From an uncultured Holophagales bacterium (GTDB lineage Bacteria > Acidobacteriota > Thermoanaerobaculia > Multivoradales > UBA5704): 64,000 nt of DNA. Positions 9,652 through 18,968 of this stretch are shown in pieces. The stretch lies in NCBI GenBank assembly GCA_963842525.1, contig CAWJGT010000009.1, forward strand, positions 256,001 through 320,000, written 5' to 3'. Position numbers and translations under genes: made by a program. The stretch's first letter is position 1. Each line of letters starts with the position of its first letter. The notes beneath the pieces are model-generated. The model did no database searches, was not told the DNA's origin, and was given only the letters and a program-made list of their open reading frames with translations.

Positions 9652-9870
9652 ATGCCGAATGTCAGTCTCAAGGCTCACTACGACGGGAAAACGATCCGCC
9701 TCGACGAACCTTTCGAGCTGCCAAAGGGGGCACAGTTGATCGTCACTGTGCTGGAAGCGGCGCAGCTTGAGCAGGAGAGAGCCGGGTGGAGCGAGCTCAG
9801 CGCCCGCGGGTTGGCGCGTGCCTATGGGGAGTCTGAGCCCGAGTATTCGAGCGCCGACATTCTCCCATGA
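9652..9870 (+). CDS. Putative antitoxin (DUF104-like)
   Basis: LKAHYDGKTIRLDEPFELP...LARAYGESEPEY; ATGA-coupled to a PemK-like gene. Confidence 0.7.
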   Translation: MPNVSLKAHYDGKTIRLDEPFELPKGAQLIVTVLEAAQLEQERAGWSELSARGLARAYGESEPEYSSADILP

Positions 9871-10215
9871 AAGAGGGCGATGTCCTTCTCGCCCCGTTGC
9901 GCCAGGGTGACGGTACTTTCAAGGATCGGCCTGCCCTCTTCTTGAAGAGAATGCCGCCCTTCCAGGATTTACTCGTCTGCGGTATCAGCACCCAACTCCA
10001 GCAGGCCGTGCCTGAATTCGACGAAACCATTGACCCAACGGATGCCGATTTCCGAACGAGCGGCCTCAAAGCGGCTTCGCTGATTCGGCTCGGCTACTTG
10101 GCGGTCCTCCCACGCTCGGAAGCTCAGGGGGCGCATCGGGAGCGTGTCGACGGCGCGACGCATGCGCCTCCTCACCAGGCTCAGTGATTTTCTTCGCCCT
10201 CCAGCAGAGGGCTAA
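9867..10215 (+). CDS. PemK/MazF-like toxin (apparent frameshift near 10120)
   Basis: GDVLLAPL..K.RPAL, CGISTQ, SGLKAASLIRLG; expected C-terminus (GRIGSVS..RLLTRLSDFL) is in another frame, ending TAA 10213-10215. Confidence 0.75.
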
Positions 10216-10291
10216 CCCCTTCGCCCAACAGCCCCGATGCCGGGCAGGTCAACTGATATGATCCCGCCCGGTGCCTGGGAGGTGACCGACG

Positions 10292-10552
10292 ATGGATGAG
10301 AACTGGGAGACTGCGAAGGTCGTCAACGGTGAGGAGGAGGCCGCGCTGGTGGTCGGCTTCCTGAACAGCAACGGCATCGAGGCTGCGGCCGAGTCGCTTT
10401 TTGCGAGCGAGTTCCCGGCCGAGGTCGGCAGCTTGGCGGAGGTCCGGATCAAGGTCCCTTCGGATCGGCTGGCCGAGGCATTGGCCCTTCTCGAAGAGAG
10501 CGAGCGGGCCGTCGCGGAGGGGAGCGACTTCACGCCTCCGAACGAGGAGTAG
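10292..10552 (+). CDS. DUF2007-like putative signal-transducing small protein
   Basis: EEAALVVGFLNSNGIEA...VRIKVP...AEALALL; RBS ggaggt. Confidence 0.7.
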   Translation: MDENWETAKVVNGEEEAALVVGFLNSNGIEAAAESLFASEFPAEVGSLAEVRIKVPSDRLAEALALLEESERAVAEGSDFTPPNEE

Positions 10553-10561
10553 CCTCCGCCG

Positions 10562-12635
10562 GTGAACAGCCTGGAGAACGGCGCCAGCGTCGGACGCTAC
10601 CGCGTCCTGCAGTTCCTCGGCTCGGGAGCGATGGGTGAGGTCTATCTCGCCGAAGACCCCCAGATCGAGCGGCGGCTGGCGATCAAGACGGTCCGCCTGG
10701 CCGGCCGGGCGCAGGAGATCGAGGACCGCAAGCGGCGGCTGCTGCGCGAGGCGCGCGCCGCCGGCCGGCTGCTCCATCCCAACGTGGTGGCTCTGTTCGA
10801 TGCCGGGGAGCAGGAAGGGCTCCTCTTCCTGGCCTTCGAATTCGTCGAGGGCACGGACCTGGCCGAACGGCTGGAGGCGGGTCCCCCCCTCTCGCTGCGC
10901 GACGTGCTGCGCGTCGTCCGACAGACCGCGGGCGCCCTCGACTACGCCCACCGCCAGGGGATCGTCCATCGTGACATCAAGCCGAGCAACATCCTGCTCG
11001 ACACCGCCGGCCAGGTGAAGGTGGCAGACTTCGGCATCGCCAAGGTGGCGGGCCAGAGCACGGAGCTGACCATGGCCGGCTCGGTGATGGGCAGCCCGCA
11101 GTACCTGTCGCCCGAGCAGATCCGGGGGGAGGAGCTGGACGGCCGTTCCGACATCTTCTCGCTCGGCGTCGTCCTCTACGAGCTGCTGTCGAAGACGCGG
11201 CCGTTCAACGGCGAGACGATCACGACGCTCGTCTACCAGATCCTGCACATGGAGCCGCCGCCGATCTCGGAGCTGCGCTCGGTCCCCGCACGGCTCGAGA
11301 CGCTGCTCCGGCGGATGCTGGCGAAGAACCGCGACGAGCGCTTCGCCGCCGCGAGCGAGATCGCGACGGAGATCGCGACGATCGAGCGCGAGCTGTCGGA
11401 CGAGACGCTCTCGGCACCGGCCTCGGACCTGCCGCTGGAGCCGACCCGCGTCATGACCCGCAATACCGGCGCGGCGCAGCCCCCTGCACCTCAGGTCCCG
11501 CCGCCACCGCCCGCTGCACCTGTCGCAGCCATTCCGCCAGGGCGGGCCGCGGTGGCGCAGAGAGGGCACGGTCCGGCCCTGGCGCTTGCGATCGGCGCGG
11601 TGGTCCTGTTCCTCGGTGTCGTGCTCGCCGGGGGCTGGTATGTGTTCTTCCGGAAGCCGAAAGGGCCGATCGTGGCCGAGGCACAGCCGCCGGCCGGACA
11701 GACCGCTCCAGTGGCCGGCCCCGGGATGTCCGGGAAGCTCCGGGACGCCTTCGATCGGTGAGCCGCCCAAGCAGGTCCCGTCTTCGCCGCCGATCCTTCC
11801 CACGAGCCCGGCCGAGACACCCGCTCGCGGTGCCGTGGAGCCGACCCCGGCGCTGTCCCGGAGCCGGATCGAGGAGACCCCTGCGTCGGCCCCCGTGCGG
11901 CAGCCTCCTCTCGTCACCCGCCCGCAGGACCGACCCGTCCTGCCGCCGCCGGCTGGCTCGTCCGGCCCGCAGCCGTCCACCGGGAGAGAGGCTGCGCCGG
12001 TCCCCTCCAGCGGTACCCGCGAGGAGGCACCCTCGCCCGCGGCTCCGTCGCCGTCCGTGCCCGCCCCCGAGGTCGACCAGGTCCTGCCTACCGGGCTGGA
12101 GGTCGCCTTCCGCGTCACGCCCGCGGACGCCTTCGTGCTGGTCGATCGCGTCCCGATCGGCCGGGCGGCGGAGTGGAGTGGCCTCAAGGGGAACCGCACC
12201 TACGCCCTGGATCCGGGCGACCACCTGATCAGGATCCGGAGCCAGGGGATGAAGGAGCACCGCATCCTCGTCAAGGCGGGCGCGACCGGCGGCGTGACGC
12301 CCATCACCGTGAGCCTCCGCCCACTGGCTGCCGAGACGGCGGACGTCAGCGACCTGCAGACGATCCGCGTGCGCGAGGCCGTCGCCTTCCGGGTCGAGCC
12401 GCCTCTTCCCGGCATCGGCGTCCAGGTGGATGGACAGCCGGTGGGGCGCGCGCGGCAGTTCGCCGGACGGTTGGGACAACCGGCGAGCTGGCTGCGCCTG
12501 ACGCCGGGTACCTACCGGATCAGCCTGGTCGCGCCCGGCTTCCAGCGCCAGGACTTCAAGGTCGAGGTAACCCCCGGGGCCGAGAACGAGCGCGAGCGCA
12601 TCGAGGTGCGGATGACCCGCGGAGGAGGCGGATGA
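10562..12635 (+). CDS. Membrane Ser/Thr protein kinase with Pro-rich linker and two PEGA-like domains (frameshift ~11720-11760)
   Basis: LGSGAMGEVY, HRDIKPSN, DFG, YLSPEQ; TM helix; PEGA-like C-terminus in ORF 11586..12635. Confidence 0.85.
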
Positions 12636-13921
12636 TGCGGACCCGCTTTCGAGTCGCCGAGGTGGAAGCCCCCGCCGCGCTGCCCGGCCGGCCGGAGCTC
12701 CACGTGCTGGACAACGGCCTCACCGTCTGCCTGCTGGAGAACCGGCAGGCGCCGATCGTCACCACGGCCCTCTTCTATAAGGCCGGCACGCGCGACGAGC
12801 CGGCGGGGCACGGCGGCGTGGCGCACTTCCTCGAGCACATGATGTTCAAGGGCTCGCCCGCCTATGGTCCCGGCGAGATCGACCGCCGCACGCAGGCCTT
12901 GGGTGGGGTCAACAACGCTTTCACGAGCCACGACGCGACCGGCTATTACTTCAATTTCGCCGCCGACCGCTGGACCGAGGCGCTGGCGATCGAAGCCGAC
13001 CGCATGGCGGAGCTGACCCTCGACTCCGAGCACGTGGCGAGCGAGCGGCAGGTGATCCTGGAAGAGATCGCCATGTACGACAGCGAGCCGTGGGACGCCC
13101 TGGAGATGGCCGTGCACGCGGCGCTCTTCGGGACGCACTCCTACGGCCGGCCGGTGCTCGGCACGCGTGAGGAATTGCTCGCGACCGGAGGAGAGGCCCT
13201 GCGCGACTTCCACGCCCGCTTCTACCGTCCGGACAACGCAGTTCTGGCGGTGACCGGGGAGATCGACGGCCATGCCCTGGAGGCGGTCGCCCGCAGCCTG
13301 GGGCGGCTGCCGCGAGGAGCGGAGCGCCGCAACGGGCCGCTGCCGCCGCGGACCCTGCCGACATCCCTCACGCGGCTCGAACGGCGCAAGGGGGAGGTGG
13401 CGCGGATGATGCTCGCCCTGCCGGCGCCGCCGGGCGACCATCCGGACCACCCGCCGCTGCGGCTCGCCACCACCTTGCTCGCCGGCGGCCGGGTCAGCCG
13501 GCTCCACGCCGCCCTGGTCGACGAAGGCCAGCTCTGCGCCTGGATCTCGGCCGACCTCTCGGAGAGCCTGGACGCCAGCCAGATCACCTTTGCCGCCGAG
13601 GTCGTCCCTGGCATCGAGCCCGCCCATGTAGAGGCGGAGATGCTCCGGCTCCTCGACGAGCTCTTCCGCGACCCGCCGTCCGAGGAGGAGCTCGAGCGCG
13701 CCAAGCAGATCGCCACGGCCGACTGGGTCTTCGGCCACGAGCGGGTCCACCAGCAGGCCCTGTCGCTCGGCCTCGCCGCCACCCTCTTCGGCATCGACCA
13801 CCTGGACTATCAACTGCGGGGCATGATCGAGACCGGGCCGGAGCGCCTGCTCGAGGTCGCCTCGCGCTACCTCCGCCCCGAGCGCGGCGCCGTGCTCGGC
13901 TGGTCGCTGCCGCGCGAGTGA
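12632..13921 (+). CDS. M16 (pitrilysin/insulinase) peptidase, catalytic subunit
   Basis: HFLEHMMFKG inverted zincin motif, NAFTSHD. Confidence 0.93.
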   Translation: MMRTRFRVAEVEAPAALPGRPELHVLDNGLTVCLLENRQAPIVTTALFYKAGTRDEPAGHGGVAHFLEHMMFKGSPAYGPGEIDRRTQALGGVNNAFTSHDATGYYFNFAADRWTEALAIEADRMAELTLDSEHVASERQVILEEIAMYDSEPWDALEMAVHAALFGTHSYGRPVLGTREELLATGGEALRDFHARFYRPDNAVLAVTGEIDGHALEAVARSLGRLPRGAERRNGPLPPRTLPTSLTRLERRKGEVARMMLALPAPPGDHPDHPPLRLATTLLAGGRVSRLHAALVDEGQLCAWISADLSESLDASQITFAAEVVPGIEPAHVEAEMLRLLDELFRDPPSEEELERAKQIATADWVFGHERVHQQALSLGLAATLFGIDHLDYQLRGMIETGPERLLEVASRYLRPERGAVLGWSLPRE

Positions 13922-15132
13922 CCCTCCCCCTCGAGGATCACCCCATGGACGACCGCGTCCGCCAATGGCGGCTGGACACCCCGGGGTGTGCGCGCCGCAT
14001 CCATTTCAACAACGCCGGCGCGTCCCTGCCGCCGCGGCAGGTGGTGGAGGCGGTCCATCGCCATGTGGACCGCGAGGCCGAGATCGGCGGCTATGAGGCG
14101 GAAGACGAGGCCGCCGAGGCGATCCATGCGGTCTACGGCGACCTCGGCCGGCTCCTCGGCGCCCGCGCGGACAACATGGCCCTGGTCGAGAACGCGACCG
14201 TGGCCGTGGCCCAGGCCCTGTCGGCCTTCGACCTTCAGGCCGGCGACGTGCTGGTGACCACCCACAACGACTACACCTCGAACCAGCTCATGTACCTGTC
14301 GCTCTCGCGGCGGCTCGGCCTCGAGGTCCAGCGGGCCGACGACCTGCCCGAGGGGGGTGTGGATCCCGACTCGGTGCGGCGGCTGGTGGCGCATCCGCGC
14401 TGCCGGCTGGTGTCGCTGACCTGGGTGCCCACCAACTCCGGGCTGGTCCAGCCGGCCGAAGAGGTGGGCGAGATCTGCGAGGCCGCGGGCGTGCCGTACC
14501 TGCTGGACGCCTGCCAGGCGGTCGGCCAGCTTCCGGTCGACGTGGGCCGCCTGCGCTGCGACTTCCTGGCCGGCACCGCGCGCAAGTTCCTGCGCGGGCC
14601 GCGCGGGCTGGGCTTCCTCTACGTGTCGGACCGCCTGCTGGAGCGCGGCGCCTACCCCCTGTTCGTTGACATGCGGGGGGCGGGGCTGATCGATGACTCG
14701 CGCTTCGAGCTCTCCCCGGGGGCCCGCCGCTTCGAAAACTGGGAGTTCTCGCATGCCCTGGTCCTCGGGTTGGGGGAGGCGGCGCGCTACGCCCTGGAGG
14801 TCGGGATCGAGACCGGCGGCGGCCGGGCCCAGGAGCTCGCGGACCGGGTGCGGGAGCGGCTGGCGGCGGTCCCCGGGCTGTGCCTCCACGACCGCGGACC
14901 CCGCCTCTGCGCCATCGTGACGGCCGCGGTCCCGGGCCGCGATGTGGGCGAGATCGTCCGCCGGCTGCGCCAGGAGGGGATCAACTTCCACAACTCGCTC
15001 GGCGGCCCCGGCCCCTTCAATGCCCCGGATGCGCAGGCGACCCCGATCCTGCGCATCTCGCCCCACTACTACAACACCCCGGAGGAGGTCGACACGGCCA
15101 TGACGGCCCTGGAGGCCCTGCTGCATGTCTGA
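13918..15132 (+). CDS. Class V PLP enzyme (cysteine desulfurase/EgtE-like C-S lyase)
   Basis: HFNNAGASLP, EAEIGGYEA, LLDACQAVGQ, GTARKFLRGPRG, RISPHYYN. Confidence 0.85.
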   Translation: MTLPLEDHPMDDRVRQWRLDTPGCARRIHFNNAGASLPPRQVVEAVHRHVDREAEIGGYEAEDEAAEAIHAVYGDLGRLLGARADNMALVENATVAVAQALSAFDLQAGDVLVTTHNDYTSNQLMYLSLSRRLGLEVQRADDLPEGGVDPDSVRRLVAHPRCRLVSLTWVPTNSGLVQPAEEVGEICEAAGVPYLLDACQAVGQLPVDVGRLRCDFLAGTARKFLRGPRGLGFLYVSDRLLERGAYPLFVDMRGAGLIDDSRFELSPGARRFENWEFSHALVLGLGEAARYALEVGIETGGGRAQELADRVRERLAAVPGLCLHDRGPRLCAIVTAAVPGRDVGEIVRRLRQEGINFHNSLGGPGPFNAPDAQATPILRISPHYYNTPEEVDTAMTALEALLHV

Positions 15133-16336
15133 CCAGTTGGCCATGCGGGTGCGCCGGGTGGAAGGGGCGCCGGTCGTGGCCGTGCGCCTCTGGTTCCGTG
15201 CCGGCGCGCGGGTCGAGACCATTCCGGGGCAGGCCCTCCTGACCGGCCGCATGCTCACCGAAGGGACCCGCACGCGGGACTGGCGGAAGATCGCCGACGA
15301 CGCCGAGAGCAAGGGGATGATCCTCTCCAGCTACGGCACCTTCGAGTGCCACGGCGTGACCGTCGACGCCCTGGCGCGCGACTGGGAGCAGGCGCTGGAC
15401 TGGGCGGTCGAGCTGCTCTTCGATTCCTCCTTTCCCGAGGACCGTTGCGCCTGGACGGCCAAGCAGGCCGCTGCGGAGCTCGAAAGCCTGGCCGACCAGC
15501 CGGACGTCAAGACCGCCTGGGGCTTCCTCGACCAGCTCTACGCGCCCCATCCGCGCCGCCGGCCGCTCCACGGCAGCGTCGACAGCCTGCTCGGCCTGAC
15601 CCCGGACGACTGCCTCGGGTTCCATCGCGCCGCTCTCCAGCAGGGGATGCTGGCCACCGTGGCGGGAGTCCTCGACGAGGACGCCGTGCGCGCGAGGCTC
15701 GAACGGCTCCTCTCCGGTTTCGAGACCGTACCGGCCCCTTTCCCGGAGCCGCCGGCACCGGCCGGCCTGCCGGACCGCTATCTCGTGGAGACCGAGGCCG
15801 AGGACCAGGCCCACCTCTACATCGGTCACCTCACGGTGCCGCGGCACCATCCGGATTTCACCGCTCTGGAGCTGGTGGCGGTGGTCCTCGGCTCGGGCGC
15901 GGGGCTCACCGGCCGCATCCCGATGCGCATCCGCGAGCAGGAGGGCCTCGCCTACAGCGCCCACGCCCAGACCGTTGCCGGCGCCGGGCTCGACCCCGGC
16001 CGGCTGGTCGCCTATGTAGGAACCGCCCCGGCCACGGTGGAGAAGGCCGAAACGGGCGTCAAAGAGGAGATCGCCCGTCTGGTCGAGGGCGGAATCGAGG
16101 AGTCCGAGCTGGAGGAGGCCCGCTCCTACCTCCTCGGCCGCGAGCCCTTCCGCCGGGAGACCGCCCGCCAATGGGCCGACCTGCTGACCGAGGCCGCGCA
16201 GTACGACCTCCCCCTGGACGACCCCGCCCTGCGTGAACAGGAGCTGCGGGCCCTCGACCTCGCGACCATCCAGGACGTCATCCGCCGCCACCTCCGGCCG
16301 CAGGATCTGCGGGTGACCGTGGGATTGCCGGGGTAA
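15125..16336 (+). CDS. M16 peptidase non-catalytic subunit
   Basis: MLTEGT without HxxEH; IREQEGLAYS motif. Confidence 0.88.
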   Translation: MSDQLAMRVRRVEGAPVVAVRLWFRAGARVETIPGQALLTGRMLTEGTRTRDWRKIADDAESKGMILSSYGTFECHGVTVDALARDWEQALDWAVELLFDSSFPEDRCAWTAKQAAAELESLADQPDVKTAWGFLDQLYAPHPRRRPLHGSVDSLLGLTPDDCLGFHRAALQQGMLATVAGVLDEDAVRARLERLLSGFETVPAPFPEPPAPAGLPDRYLVETEAEDQAHLYIGHLTVPRHHPDFTALELVAVVLGSGAGLTGRIPMRIREQEGLAYSAHAQTVAGAGLDPGRLVAYVGTAPATVEKAETGVKEEIARLVEGGIEESELEEARSYLLGREPFRRETARQWADLLTEAAQYDLPLDDPALREQELRALDLATIQDVIRRHLRPQDLRVTVGLPG

Positions 16337-16526
16337 AGCGCGTACCGCGGCCAGTCGAGCCGAAGATCACCACGGCAATCAGCCGCTCGCCTGAAACCTC
16401 CTCGCGCAGATCCCGCTCACCGTCGCCACCTTCGCGGCCCTTTGCCTCGCCATCGTGGGCATCGCTGCCGCCGTGGGCACCCAGCCATCCTTTCGAGGCG
16501 TCACGGTCGGCTTCAGCCTCCTCTTC

Positions 16527-17013
16527 GTCAGCTCGCACTGGAGTAGCGTCCCGAGACACTGGCCCAGCGGACGCTCCGCAAAGCCAGTGTGAGCTCACAC
16601 TGGCGCAGCGTCTCGGGACGCTGGCCCAGCGTGCGCTCCGCAAACCCAGCGTGAGCTCACACTGGAACAGAGTCCCGGGACGCTGGCTCAGCGTGTGCTC
16701 CGCAAAGCCAGCGTGAGCTCACGCTGGAACAGAGTGTCGGGACGCTGGCTCAGCGTGTGCTCCGCAAACCCAGCGTGAGCTCACGCTGGAACAGAGTGTC
16801 GGGACGCTGGCTCAGCGTGTGCTCCGCAAACCCAGCGTGAGCTCACGCTGGAACAGAGTGTCGGGACGCTGGCTCAGCGTGTGCTCCGCAAACCCAGCGT
16901 GAGCTCACGCTGGAACAGAGTGTCGGGACACTGGCCCAGCGTGTGCTCCGCAAACCCAGCGTGAGCTCACGCTGGAGCAGAGTCCCGGGACGCTGGCTCA
17001 GCGTGTGCTCCGC
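16527..17013. repeat. 62-bp tandem array (7 clear units + 1 degenerate), each with a 20-bp palindrome
   Basis: gagctc centres at 16591, 16653, 16715, 16777, 16839, 16901, 16963; palindrome CCAGCGTGAGCTCACGCTGG. Confidence 0.95.
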
Positions 17014-17063
17014 GGCGCGCCTGATCCTGGATCAGAGGTGGCTGTTGCTGAAGCTGTAACGTG

Positions 17064-17270
17064 TCAGTTGTCCCCTCCGCAGGGTGGCGGCGGGGCGCAG
17101 AGGAGGTCCACGCAGCTCCGACCGCAGCACTGCATGTAGCAGCAGACATAGCCGCACGGGTTCGGGGTGGTGCAATAGGTGATGCAGTCGTCGGCGTTGG
17201 CCGGAGCCAGGGGGAGGAGAGCGGCCGTGGAGATGACCAGGGCCAGGATCACCAACATGAGCTTGCGCAT
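17064..17270 (-). CDS. Secreted 10-cysteine mini-protein
   Basis: RBS caggagg; signal peptide MRKLMLVILALVISTAALLPLAPANA; mature DDCITYC...PPPPCGGDN. Confidence 0.8.
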   Translation of the reverse strand: MRKLMLVILALVISTAALLPLAPANADDCITYCTTPNPCGYVCCYMQCCGRSCVDLLCAPPPPCGGDN

Positions 17271-17299
17271 GTTCAGAAACCTCCTGTCTTCTTCGTCCG

Positions 17300-17461
17300 T
17301 TAGCACTGGTCGAGCGACGGGGGCGGAGGACAGCTATCCGACATCCCGCAACAGACTTGGGGCTTGACCGTCGCGGCGCCATTGGCGTCGGCGAGCTTGC
17401 CGTCCTCCAGCCGGACGAGGGTCTCCCGGTTGAGGGTCAGCCGCTTTATCTTTTTCTTCAT
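17300..17461 (-). CDS. Class I lanthipeptide-like RiPP precursor (53 aa, absent from ORF track)
   Basis: RBS aaggag; MKKKIKRLTLNRETLVRLEDGKLADANGA-ATVKPQVCCGMSDSCPPPPSLDQC. Confidence 0.75.
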   Translation of the reverse strand: MKKKIKRLTLNRETLVRLEDGKLADANGAATVKPQVCCGMSDSCPPPPSLDQC

Positions 17462-17616
17462 GACTGTCTCCTTTTAAGTCGTCTCTGAAGAAGAAGTGCT
17501 TCACGATGTGCCATTGGGGACTTCAGGCAGAGCTTGGGCTCCTCCGCCTCTGATTGACAGCCCGAGCGCGCCGCCCGAGAATGGCTTCGGTTCCGTTAGC
17601 GAAAGGCCCATTGGGA

Positions 17617-18303
17617 ATGGACAAGCCCGTCGTTTTCATCAGCTCCACCTCGGACCTGTCCGAGGAGAGGAGAGCCCTGCTCGCCAGCCTGGGACCGCTC
17701 TATGAGCCGTATCTCTACGAGGAGGACCGGGCCCGGCGGGGCAGCCCGGAGGAGCGCTGCCGCGAGATGATCGAGAGCTCCCACGTGTTCGTGGGCGTCC
17801 TCGGCGCCACATACGGTACCCCGTTCCCGAGCGATCCGCAGCGCTCCATCGTCGAATGGGAGATCGATACGGCCCGCCGCTGCGAGAACGTGGAGATCAT
17901 GGCCTTCCTGAAGAAGCTGCCGCCCGGGGCCGAGGTCGACCCGCGTCAGAAGCAGCTTCTCGACCGGGTCACCGCCTTCGAGAGCGGCTTCTGGTGCAAG
18001 GCCTTCGAGTCGACGGACAGCTTGGTCCAGCTCGTCCGCAGCTCGCTGGAGGGCTGGCTCGTCGAGTTCTGGGGCCGGGTGCAACAACGGCAGCTCCGGG
18101 GGGCTCTCAGCCTCCACAAGATCCTGGCCGCGGTCGCGGCGGTGTTAGTCCTGGGCCTCGTCGTGCTCGCTGCGACTCCGCTGCGCTCTCAATTCACGGC
18201 CACGTCCCTGTTCGTCGCGAGCGGTGCGATCGCGGCGCTCGTCCTGCTCTGTATTGTCCTGCTGGTCGCCGAGACCGGAGGTCGCCATGGCCACACTGGA
18301 TAG
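17617..18303 (+). CDS. DUF4062-domain protein with two C-terminal TM helices
   Basis: VFISST.DL.EER, FVGVLGATYG, SIVEWEID.A motifs. Confidence 0.8.
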   Translation: MDKPVVFISSTSDLSEERRALLASLGPLYEPYLYEEDRARRGSPEERCREMIESSHVFVGVLGATYGTPFPSDPQRSIVEWEIDTARRCENVEIMAFLKKLPPGAEVDPRQKQLLDRVTAFESGFWCKAFESTDSLVQLVRSSLEGWLVEFWGRVQQRQLRGALSLHKILAAVAAVLVLGLVVLAATPLRSQFTATSLFVASGAIAALVLLCIVLLVAETGGRHGHTG

Positions 18304-18955
18304 CCCTTCCGCCCGCAGCAATCGGATCGAGAACGCCGTAGAGCGCGAGCTGGCGCGCCGGCGCCGTCTGCTGCGCTTCTATCTCCTCCTGCTGCTCGTG
18401 CCGTTGGGCCTCGCGGCCTGGTTCCTCGCCGCCGGACGATCCGACCATGAAAGCGTCCGTCAAACGTTGGACATGCGGGTCGCTCCGGTCGAAGAGCGCT
18501 ATGCGGAGATCGCGCCGAAGCTCGATCAGGTGGAGGGCCTCAACGAGGCTCTGCCGATCGTCCGGAAGGCGGCGGCGCAGCTCCAGGCTCAAGAAAAGCA
18601 GGTCGAGACCTTGGAGCAGCAGGTCAAGGAGATCGTGCCGGCGGTGAAGGAGATCGAGGCCAACCAGGCCAGCCAGGACTCGCTCCTGCGGACCGCGCTT
18701 GCGTCCAAGCCCCCTTCCGAAGAGCTGAACCGGCTTTCGGCCCGGCTTACGGACATGGAGAGGAGCATCGCCACTGTGCAAGCCCGGCAGGTCGAGGTCC
18801 AGCGCGACCTCAAGGCCGTGCAGTTGAAGGTTGACAGGCAGCCCGCCGGGCCTGCCGATCGCCTGGATCCGAAGGAGCTGAATGCTCTGATCGACGCTCG
18901 GCTCCGCGCCCTGCAGCAGCGGGGCAGGGGCTTGGTCCAGCCGCCGCCGCAGTGA
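18287..18955 (+). CDS. Single-pass membrane coiled-coil protein
   Basis: TM FYLLLLLVPLGLAAWFLA, then long heptad region; overlaps DUF4062 gene. Confidence 0.7.
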   Translation: MATLDSPSARSNRIENAVERELARRRRLLRFYLLLLLVPLGLAAWFLAAGRSDHESVRQTLDMRVAPVEERYAEIAPKLDQVEGLNEALPIVRKAAAQLQAQEKQVETLEQQVKEIVPAVKEIEANQASQDSLLRTALASKPPSEELNRLSARLTDMERSIATVQARQVEVQRDLKAVQLKVDRQPAGPADRLDPKELNALIDARLRALQQRGRGLVQPPPQ

Positions 18956-18968
18956 TCAAGCCCCCGGC

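Noticed and set aside
10562-15132. Kinase + lyase as a split class III/IV lanthipeptide synthetase
   Set aside because: The kinase is a membrane PEGA-type enzyme and the lyase is PLP-dependent, unlike LanKC/LanL domains
16527-17013. CRISPR array
   Set aside because: Inter-palindrome sequences are near-identical rather than unique spacers; no cas genes
17497-17513. Sigma54 promoter for the peptide precursor (TGGCAC)
   Set aside because: GG-to-GC spacing is 11, not 10
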